Shown: positions 55,845 through 64,000 of the stretch, piece after piece
How the letters are laid out: each line of letters opens with the position of its first letter
Position numbering within the stretch: the first letter of the stretch is position 1
The notes under the pieces: model-generated
What the model was told of the DNA's origin: nothing
What the model saw: only the letters and a program-made list of their open reading frames with translations
Databases searched by the model: none
From: an uncultured Chloroflexia bacterium
GTDB taxonomy: Bacteria > Chloroflexota > Limnocylindria > Limnocylindrales > CSP1-4
DNA length: 64,000 bases
Direction: 5' to 3'
Assembly: GCA_963763775.1 (NCBI GenBank)
Contig: CAVXPZ010000004.1
Location: forward strand, 608,001 to 672,000
Position numbers and translations under genes: made by a program

Positions 55845-57826
55845 GCGGGCCGGGTGGCGCGGCCGCCGGCCAGGGCGCGGCCCGACGGCCGCCGCCTCGC
55901 GGATTCGGCGGCGGCGGGCCGTTCGGCGGCCCGGGGCTGCCGGCCGAGAAGGCCAAGGACTTCAAGGGCTCGTTCCGACGGCTGGCCGGCACGCTCCGAC
56001 CGGAGGCGCCACGCATCTTCCTGGTCGTGCTGCTGGCGATCGTGAGCGTCACGTTCGCGGTCATCGGCCCGAAGTTGCTCGGGAACGCGACGGACATCCT
56101 CTTCGACGGCGTCGTCAGCCAGCAGATCCCCGCCGGGATGACCCAGCAGCAGGCCATCGACGCGCTGAATGCCGCCGGCCAGACGCAGCAGGCGGACATG
56201 CTCGCGTCCATGACCGTGACCCCGGGCGCCGGCGTCGACCTCACCGCGTTGCGCAACGTCCTGGTCGTCGTCGCGGTGATCTACATCCTGAGCTCGCTCT
56301 TCGCGTGGATGCAGTCCTACGTGATGGCCGGCGTGTCGCAGCGGACCGTCTACCGGATGCGGCAGGACGTCGACGAGAAGCTGTCGCGGCTCCCGCTGCG
56401 CTACTACGACAGCCACGCCCGCGGCGACATCCTGAGCCGCGTCACCAACGACATCGACAACATCGCCAACTCGCTCCAGCAGACGCTGACGCAGCTCATC
56501 ACCGCGGTCTGCACGATCATCGGCGTGCTCGCGATGATGCTCTGGATCAGCCCACTGCTCGCCGTCATCTCGCTGCTGACCGTGCCCCTCTCGATCGTCG
56601 TGACGGTGTTCGTGGCCAAGCGCTCGCAGATGCAGTTCGCCGCGCAGTGGGCCCAGACCGGGCGGCTGAACGGCCACGTCGAGGAGTCGCACACCGGGCA
56701 CGCCATCGTGAAGGCGTTCGGCCGGCAGCACGAGGCGATCGAGCGCTTCGACATCGAGAACGAGCAGCTCTTCCAGGCGAGCTACCGGGCCCAGTTCCTG
56801 TCCGGCACGATCCAGCCGGCGATGCAGTTCATCGCCAACATCAACTACGTCCTGATCTGCGTCATCGGCGGGATCCAAGTGGCGAACGGCCAGATGAGCC
56901 TCGGCGACGTCCAGGCGTTCGTGCAGTACTCGCGCCAGTTCACGATGCCCATCACGCAGACCGCCAGCATCGCCAACGTCATCCAGTCCGCGGTCGCATC
57001 CGCCGAACGCGTCTTCGAGCTCCTCGACGAGCCCGAGGAGGTCCCGGACACGGCGATCGTCGGGATCCGGCCGGTGGTCCAGGGTCGCGTCGAGCTCGAG
57101 GACGTCTCCTTCCGCTACCTGCCCGACGCGCCACTGATCGACGACCTGAACCTCGTCGTCGAGCCGGGCCAGACGGTCGCGATCGTCGGTCCGACCGGGG
57201 CCGGGAAGACGACCCTCGTGAACCTGCTCATGCGCTTCTACGAGATCGACGGCGGGCACATCCGCGTCGACGGCATCGACAGCCGCGAGATGTCGCGCGA
57301 CGAGCTGCGCTCGACGTTCGGGATGGTCCTCCAGGACACGTGGCTGTTCCACGGCACGATCCGCGAGAACATCGCCTATGGCCGCGACGACGCGACGGAC
57401 GAGGAGATCGATGCGGCCGCGACGGCCGCGCACGTCGACCACTTCGTGCGGACGCTGCCCGACGGCTACGACACGATCCTCGACGACGACGCGACGAGCG
57501 TGTCCCAGGGCGAGAAGCAGCTCCTGACCATCGCGCGGGCGTTCCTCGCCGATCGACGCATCCTCATCCTCGACGAGGCGACGAGCTCGGTCGACACACG
57601 GACCGAGGTGCTCATCCAGCGGGCGATGGCCAAGCTGATGCTCGGGCGGACGAGCTTCGTCATCGCCCATCGGCTCTCGACCATCCGCGACGCCGACACG
57701 ATCCTGGTCATGGATCACGGGAAGATCGTCGAGCAGGGGACGCACGAGGCGCTCATGGCGCGCGGCGGCTTCTACTTCGACCTCTACGACAGCCAGTTCG
57801 CCGAGCCGTTGCAGGAAGCGGTCTAG
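55841..57826 (+). CDS. Heterodimeric ABC exporter subunit 2
   Basis: GPTGAGKT, VSQGEKQ, LDEATS and IAHRL motifs. Confidence 0.92.
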   Translation: MSGPGGAAAGQGAARRPPPRGFGGGGPFGGPGLPAEKAKDFKGSFRRLAGTLRPEAPRIFLVVLLAIVSVTFAVIGPKLLGNATDILFDGVVSQQIPAGMTQQQAIDALNAAGQTQQADMLASMTVTPGAGVDLTALRNVLVVVAVIYILSSLFAWMQSYVMAGVSQRTVYRMRQDVDEKLSRLPLRYYDSHARGDILSRVTNDIDNIANSLQQTLTQLITAVCTIIGVLAMMLWISPLLAVISLLTVPLSIVVTVFVAKRSQMQFAAQWAQTGRLNGHVEESHTGHAIVKAFGRQHEAIERFDIENEQLFQASYRAQFLSGTIQPAMQFIANINYVLICVIGGIQVANGQMSLGDVQAFVQYSRQFTMPITQTASIANVIQSAVASAERVFELLDEPEEVPDTAIVGIRPVVQGRVELEDVSFRYLPDAPLIDDLNLVVEPGQTVAIVGPTGAGKTTLVNLLMRFYEIDGGHIRVDGIDSREMSRDELRSTFGMVLQDTWLFHGTIRENIAYGRDDATDEEIDAAATAAHVDHFVRTLPDGYDTILDDDATSVSQGEKQLLTIARAFLADRRILILDEATSSVDTRTEVLIQRAMAKLMLGRTSFVIAHRLSTIRDADTILVMDHGKIVEQGTHEALMARGGFYFDLYDSQFAEPLQEAV

Positions 57827-57936
57827 CCGGCCGACCGGCGCGGTAAGCCGTCGTGGGGTATGGTCCCCGAGGCTCACATCCGCGTGACGAGCCCCGTCAC
57901 GCCGTCGCTGACCAACCACGTTCCAGGAGGTTCCGC

Positions 57937-58708
57937 GTGCGTCGACTCTTCATCGGGCTGGCCATGGCGGCCATCGCCGTCTCGGCCATGGCCTGCTCCG
58001 CATCCGGCGGTTCCGGCGGGACCATCGATGGCACGAGCTGGAAGCTCACGTCGTACAGCGTCTCCGGGACGTCGACGAACGTGCCGGCCGGCGTCGTGGT
58101 CGATGCCCACTTCGCGGGAGATCGCGTGTCCGGCTTCGGTGGTTGCAACGCCTACGGTGGCACGGCCGCCATCTCGGGCTCCACCATCAAGATCAGCGAC
58201 GTCTTCAGCACGCAGATGGCGTGCGAGGGCGATGGCTCGACGGTCGAGACGGCCTACCTCGCGAACCTCGCGAATGCCGCCACCTTCACCGCGACCGCCG
58301 ACGCGCTGACGATCTTCGACAGCAGCGGCAAGTCGATCCTGGTGTACGCGGCCGGGGCGGCGAACCCGATCGAAGGCTTCTGGAACGTCACCGGCTACAA
58401 CAACGGCAACGAGGCGGTCGATCTCGCCGATCACCGGGACGACCCTGACAGCCAACTTCACCCCGGGTGACGAGGTCGGCGGATCCGCGGGCTGCAACGA
58501 CTACAGCGGGACCTACAAGCTCGACGGCACGAGCCTCACCGTGAGCCAGGTCGTCACGACCCGCAAGGCCTGCGACCAGGCGATCATGGACCAGGAGACC
58601 CAGTTCCTGACCGCGCTCCAGACGCCGACCACGGTCGAGACGTCCGGGGCGACGATCACCCTCCGCGCCGCCGACGGCGCCACCCAGGTGGTCCTCGGTC
58701 CGAAGTGA
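57937..58708 (+). CDS. Two-META-domain (HslJ-like) lipoprotein (frameshift near 58420)
   Basis: Lipobox AMAC; SGFGGCN..STQMAC and GSAGCN..TRKAC motifs. Confidence 0.82.
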
Positions 58709-58732
58709 TCCCCGGCCGCCCACCAGCGGCCC

Positions 58733-59882
58733 TCAGGCCGCCGACGGGACCGGTCCGAAGCGGGCCGGGTCGAGCGGCGGCCGGCGGGCTGGCCTGACGG
58801 CCGAGGACAAGGTCGGCGATCAGCCGGCCGCTGGCAGGCCCGGTCGAGATGCCCCATGGGCCGTGGCCCGCGGCGATCCAGAGTCCGTCGATCCCGGGGA
58901 CGGCCCCGATCAACGGGCGACCGTCCGCACTGAGCGGGCGGGCGCAGACCCGATCCGCCCCGACCGCCGCGCCGGCCAGGCCCGGGACGAATCCACGGCC
59001 TCGTTCGATGAGCGCCGGGACCACCCGTGACGGGTGCGGCTCGGCCAGGAAGAAGGTCGAGCCCAGCGAGCTGGCGGCCCCAGCCGGGACGAGACTGAAC
59101 CCGAACTCCGCCGACGGTTCCGGCTCGCCGGCGTCGCCCGGCTCGATCTCGAGCTCGATCTCTTCGAGGACGTGCGACGGCGCGGCCGCGAGGGTCACCG
59201 ACACCACCACGCCCCAGGTCCGGGTGATCGGCCGCCAGGCTCCGCTCGGATCCACGAGGCCAGGCGACCACGGGCCGGCCGCGACCACGATGTCCGCGGC
59301 GGCCAGGGTCGTCCCGTCCGCGAACGTCACGCCGGCGACCCGGCCGTCGACGATCCGAGGGCTGGCGCCCGCCCCGACCCGGACCTCGACACCGAGGGCC
59401 GCCGCCCGGTCGGCGTACGCTCGAGTCGCTGCCTCAGGAGCCACCGGAAACCCGATCGGGAGCCTGACCGCCGTGACGTCCGGCGCCACGGATGGTTCGA
59501 GCCGGCGGGCCTCCCCACTCGGGAGAAGGACCGGTTCCAGCTCCGGGTGCGCCGCCGCCAGCTCGTCCGCGAACCGTCGTGCTGCGGCCTCGTCATGCCC
59601 GACGCACAGCATCCCGACCGGCTCGGCGGGGAACGCGAAGGCCCCCGACGACTCGGCAGCCAGCGCCTGATACCGGGCGACCGTCTCGTGGTACAGCCGC
59701 GCGAGCACCGGGTCGAACGGATGCTGGACGACGCCCGAGTTGCGGCCCGAGGCGCCCGCCGCCACGGCGGTCCGCTCCACGAGGACGACCCGTGCGCCCG
59801 CCGACGCGAGATGGGCGGCGGCCGAGGTGCCGATGATCCCGCCCCCGATCACGATGACGTCGATCGGGCGCGTCGAGCTCAT
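58733..59882 (-). CDS. FAD-dependent oxidoreductase (DAO/glycine oxidase-like)
   Basis: IGGGIIG, GASGRNSG, RP..DGRPLIG and GHGPWG motifs. Confidence 0.87.
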
Positions 59883-59892
59883 CCGAGAGCGC

Positions 59893-61272
59893 TCAACCGG
59901 GTGCGGCGGCGGGTGGCGGCGCGGATGCGACGGGCGGCGCGGCCTGGCGCAACGCCTCCGTGGCCGGCGGCCGCCCGCGGCGCGCGCCGAGCAACTCGGT
60001 GACGATGAAGGCCACCACCACCGCGACGATGATGAGCGGCGCCAGGGCCAGCCCGGCCTGGGTCACGACCATCGCGAGGATCACCGCCGAGAGCGGCAGG
60101 CGAAGCATCGAGACCGTCATCGCGCCCATCCCGATCGCGATCATCACCGTCTCGGACAGCCCGAGCAGGTTCGCCGCGAGCAGACCGCCGACGAGCCCCA
60201 GGAACATCGCCGGGAACGTGGGGCCGCCGCGGAAACTCCCCAGCGAGACACTCCAGGCGAGACCCTTGAAGACCAGCAGCGCGGCGAGCGTCGCGACCGA
60301 CAGGGTCGGCCCGAGCTGGACGACCTGCCCCATGGCGTCCTGGCCGGAGAACAGCACGGACTCGGCCGGCTGTCCGGTGACCTGGGCGAAGGCGATCGCG
60401 AGGACCGCGACCACGAGACCCGCGACCGGGATGAGCAGGAGCGGCCGTTTCATGACCACGTCCTCGGCCTTCCAGGCGAGCTCGAGGATGACCCGGACGA
60501 AGATGGCGCACAGGACACCGAGCACGATCGCCAGCACGAACTCGCTGATGCCCAGGTCGGGCGGCGCCGGCAGCCCGAGCGGTCCCAGCGCGTACGCGGA
60601 CGTACTGAGCCCGCTGAGGTTGCCCATGCCGATGAAGACCACGGACCCGATCCCGGCGGCGATCAGCCCGGGGAGCAGCACCAGGGGCAGGGTCGGCCCG
60701 CCCAGGCCGGCCGCCTCGATGATGATCACCGCGCCGATGACCGGGTTGCCGAAGATCGTGGAGATCGCCGCGAAACTCCCCGCGGCGGCCATGACCAGCT
60801 TCACCTGGTCGGGTGCGCCCTTCCGGACGAGGTCGACCGTGAGGAGCGCGAGTCCCCCGCCGAGCGCGATCAGGGGCGCCTCGGGGCCGAGGACCACGCC
60901 CAGGCCGATGCCCGCGACGGCCGCGAGCAGGACACCGGGCAGCATCGCCGGGAGCGTCGGCGGTCCGGCCGAGAGGCCGGCCGCCGGTCGATGCCCGCCG
61001 TGCCCGGGCATCCGGACGATGGCGTACGCGATCGGGATGCCGGCGAGGCCGAGGATGGGTAGCGGCCACCACCCCGGTGTGTCCGCGAACCCGATCGCGG
61101 CCGGAAGGTCGACGTAGACCCAGTGCTGCATCCGCACGGTCAGCTCGAGGAAGGCCCAGCCGACCAGGGACACGACGATCCCGACGATCGCCGCAAGGAT
61201 GAGGACGGCGATGTAGCCGCGGCTCCGGATGAGGGCGCCGGGGTCGATCGGATGGTCGGCGGCAGCGGTCAC
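59893..61272 (-). CDS. ClC family chloride channel/transporter
   Basis: LGPEAP and FRGGPTFP motifs; many TM helices. Confidence 0.85.
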   Translation of the reverse strand: MTAAADHPIDPGALIRSRGYIAVLILAAIVGIVVSLVGWAFLELTVRMQHWVYVDLPAAIGFADTPGWWPLPILGLAGIPIAYAIVRMPGHGGHRPAAGLSAGPPTLPAMLPGVLLAAVAGIGLGVVLGPEAPLIALGGGLALLTVDLVRKGAPDQVKLVMAAAGSFAAISTIFGNPVIGAVIIIEAAGLGGPTLPLVLLPGLIAAGIGSVVFIGMGNLSGLSTSAYALGPLGLPAPPDLGISEFVLAIVLGVLCAIFVRVILELAWKAEDVVMKRPLLLIPVAGLVVAVLAIAFAQVTGQPAESVLFSGQDAMGQVVQLGPTLSVATLAALLVFKGLAWSVSLGSFRGGPTFPAMFLGLVGGLLAANLLGLSETVMIAIGMGAMTVSMLRLPLSAVILAMVVTQAGLALAPLIIVAVVVAFIVTELLGARRGRPPATEALRQAAPPVASAPPPAAAPG

Positions 61273-61419
61273 GCGGTCTCCTTCGGGCGGGCACCGAATG
61301 CTACTAGACGGCACTGCACCGTCGACGTCCGGGACGACGTCCCAGCAGGGACGCTAGAATGCCGCGGCGTCCCGCGGGCGGGTCGCACTCCGCTCTGACA
61401 CCAGCACCTTGGGAGACCC

Positions 61420-62475
61420 ATGCGCAAGCTCGCCTTCATCGTGATCGCCGCCCTCGCCGCGGTGATCGTCGCCGCGTGCGGCAGCAGCACGAGCAACCTG
61501 ACCGGCAAGGATTGGCACCTGACCGCGATCACCGAGAAGGTGCCGGCGTACCAGGGCGTCGTGCCAGCGGAGAACCAGGGCAAGTACACGATCACGTTCA
61601 ACACGGATGAGACGTACAACGGCAAGGCCGACTGCAACGTCTTCGCCGGGACGTACAAGACGACCGGCTCGGGAGGCCTGACGATCAGCGCCGGACCGTC
61701 GACGCTGGCCTTCTGCCCGGACGGTTCGTACTCGGACCTCTTCATCCATGCCCTCACCCAGGCCGAGAGCTACGCCGTCGCGAACGACCAGCTGACGATC
61801 ACCCTCAAGGACGGCGGGATGCTGGTGTTCGTGGTCGGGACGCCTGGCGCCTCCGCGAGTGCCGAGGCGGTCGTGACGGCCTCTCCGACGCCGACGGCCT
61901 CCCCCACTCCGACGCCGACGCCCACGCCGACGCCGACACCCACCGCGTCCCCGACACCAACGCCCACGCCGACGCCCACCGCGTCCCCGACCGCGACGCC
62001 GAAGCCGAGTGGCAGCGCCAAGCCGACGGCCACGCCGGCGCCTACGCCCACACCCACCCCGAAGCCCACGCCGGCCCCGACGCCCAAGCCGACCCCGGCC
62101 CCGACGCCGGCTCCGACCCCGTCGCCCGGAGCGGGCCTGGTCGGCCCGACGTGGCGGTTGAGCAGCATCACCGAGCGAAACCCGGCCTTCCAGGGCGTCA
62201 TCCCCGAGGCCGATCGCGACAAGTACACGATCTCGTTCGCGGCGGCCGGCACGTTCAGCGCCCGCGCCGACTGCAACACGGTCAACGGCACGTGGACGGC
62301 CACCGCCTCGGGCGGGCTGACCCTCACGCTCGGACCGTCGACGCTCGTGATCTGCGGTGAGGGCTCGTTCTCGGACCTCTACATCCTCGGTCTGAGCAAC
62401 GCGGCGAGCTACACCGTCGCGGGGACGACGCTGACGATCACGCTCCACGACCAGGGCACGCTCGTCTACCAGTAG
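61420..62475 (+). CDS. Lipoprotein with two META domains joined by a Pro/Thr linker
   Basis: Lipobox VAAC; duplicated KADCN/RADCN...STL..C domains. Confidence 0.82.
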   Translation: MRKLAFIVIAALAAVIVAACGSSTSNLTGKDWHLTAITEKVPAYQGVVPAENQGKYTITFNTDETYNGKADCNVFAGTYKTTGSGGLTISAGPSTLAFCPDGSYSDLFIHALTQAESYAVANDQLTITLKDGGMLVFVVGTPGASASAEAVVTASPTPTASPTPTPTPTPTPTPTASPTPTPTPTPTASPTATPKPSGSAKPTATPAPTPTPTPKPTPAPTPKPTPAPTPAPTPSPGAGLVGPTWRLSSITERNPAFQGVIPEADRDKYTISFAAAGTFSARADCNTVNGTWTATASGGLTLTLGPSTLVICGEGSFSDLYILGLSNAASYTVAGTTLTITLHDQGTLVYQ

Positions 62476-62511
62476 ACCCGGGGAACCTGTGCCGGGGCTG
62501 GGGAGCGGTCC

Positions 62512-63735
62512 TCAGCCCTGCTGGAGGTAGATCTTTCCGCTCGCCTGGTCGACTTTGATGGGGAGCTCGGTCAACGGCGTGTCCGTCGGCCCGCCGACCA
62601 CCGCGGCGTGGTGTCCCGGGTCGAAGGCGGCGCCGTGGCACGGGCACAGCAGCAGGCCGGAGGCCCGGTCGTAGCGAACGGTGCACCCGGCGTGCGTGCA
62701 GACGGTGTCGTACGCCGCGACCGAGCCGTCCGGCAGTCGGACGATCACGGCGGGGTCGCCGGTCGACTGGACGTGGAACCGTCGCGCCTGACCCACGGGG
62801 ACCTGATCGAGCGTGCCGAGCAACGTACCGGTCACACCGGCGGCGGGGGCGGACGACGGCGCTGCGGACCCTCCTTGGGCCCCCGACACTGCCTGGGCCG
62901 ACGGGGCGTCCGTCGCGCCGCCGGCTGGGGCCGAGCCCGGGTTCCCCTGCGCGGCCGTGGCGTCCGGGAAGGTGCCGGCGCCCTGGTCTGCCGCGGCGAC
63001 GACCGGCGCCGACCGTGACAGGAATCGTCCGAACGCCGCCAGGCCGATGCTGGCGAAGGCGAGGATCCCGAGCTGCAGCGCCGTCCGACGTCCGGGGTCG
63101 GCCGGGTCCTCCCAGCGGGCGGCACCGGCCCAGGCCGAACGCGAGGCCGACGCCGCCTCGCGTCGAGCGAGCCACGACTCGATCGTCAGCACGCCACCGG
63201 AACCGGCCGCGGCCAGCGTGATCCACCCGAGCGCGTACGGGAGGTCCGGCCCGAGGTAGTACGGCCGCGTCGTCCACGATGCGGTCAGGAAGAACAGGAT
63301 CGAGAGGCCGGCGCCGGCGATCGCGCTCCAGCGGTAGAGCAACCCGAGGACGGCCCCGAGGCCGACGGCGATCTCGAGGAGTGAGATCCCCAGCCCGGTC
63401 AGGACCGGGAACGGTTGGGCGAAGATCGTCACGAGCGGCGCGAGCGGCGAGACCCGGACGAATTCCTGGAGCTGCATGGCGATCGACCCTGGACCGTCCG
63501 ACCGAAGGAACGCCGGGTCGAGCAGCTTGTCCAGACCGGCGTACACGAACATCGCGCCCAGGAAGAAGCGGAGGGGCAGCAGCGCCGCGGCCGGGACGGA
63601 TCCGCGGAGGGTCTCCGGCAGGCCGGGCCCCTCGTCGGCCTCGTCAGCCGTCCCGGGAGGTCGGCGTGGCTGGGCGAACGGGTCGAATGCCGCCCCGTGC
63701 GATCGGCGGGCGGAGCGGGAACGTCGTGAGGACAC
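62512..63735 (-). CDS. DoxX/DoxD-like membrane protein fused to a Rieske 2Fe-2S domain
   Basis: LPLRFFLG..AGLDK, EIAVGLG, CTHAGC and CPCHG motifs. Confidence 0.85.
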   Translation of the reverse strand: MSSRRSRSARRSHGAAFDPFAQPRRPPGTADEADEGPGLPETLRGSVPAAALLPLRFFLGAMFVYAGLDKLLDPAFLRSDGPGSIAMQLQEFVRVSPLAPLVTIFAQPFPVLTGLGISLLEIAVGLGAVLGLLYRWSAIAGAGLSILFFLTASWTTRPYYLGPDLPYALGWITLAAAGSGGVLTIESWLARREAASASRSAWAGAARWEDPADPGRRTALQLGILAFASIGLAAFGRFLSRSAPVVAAADQGAGTFPDATAAQGNPGSAPAGGATDAPSAQAVSGAQGGSAAPSSAPAAGVTGTLLGTLDQVPVGQARRFHVQSTGDPAVIVRLPDGSVAAYDTVCTHAGCTVRYDRASGLLLCPCHGAAFDPGHHAAVVGGPTDTPLTELPIKVDQASGKIYLQQG

Positions 63736-63925
63736 GGGCCATCCTTGCGGTCATCGAGAGCGAGCGGTCAGGGCGCGAGTCTGTCTGCCCGGCGGTTATG
63801 TTCGGGCGCACGGTTGGCCAAGATTCCGAAACCTTTGTGAAGTCTCATCTCCGGCACCATGCGGGGGTCGCCACCGCCCCTCAGACTGTGTCCATCCGCC
63901 GATCCGCCCGGAACGAGGTGATCCC

Positions 63926-64000
63926 ATGCTGGCCGATTCGATGATGGTGACGACGGTCGCGGTGACCGATCTCGAACGGGCGAAGGCCTTCTTCGCCGAT
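63926..64000 (+). CDS. VOC family protein (truncated by the window)
   Basis: SD gaggtg; MLADSMMVTTVAVTDLERAKAFF. Confidence 0.65.
   Translation, partial: MLADSMMVTTVAVTDLERAKAFFAD

Overview
A very GC-rich bacterial window. The gene style suggests an Actinobacteria/Chloroflexota-like soil organism (inference). More than 20 otherwise intact genes carry single-base frameshifts, most likely long-read assembly errors. The core is a complete selenocysteine system: selD, tRNA-Sec/selC, selA and selB. Its client is a Sec-containing NAD-linked formate dehydrogenase with an in-frame TGA plus SECIS. The FDH alpha subunit is split into two genes about 8 kb apart and is accompanied by a NuoE-F fusion, fdhD and mobA. 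A ~12.4-kb island with no integrase, carrying rhamnoside/glycoside-utilisation genes and flanked by a perfect 40-bp repeat of the tRNA-Sec 3' end, separates selC from the methyltransferase-selA-selB-mobA operon. The rest holds transporters, DNA-repair glycosylases, a divergent SAH-hydrolase paralogue, betA, META-domain lipoproteins, a DoxX-Rieske fusion and several hypothetical proteins.
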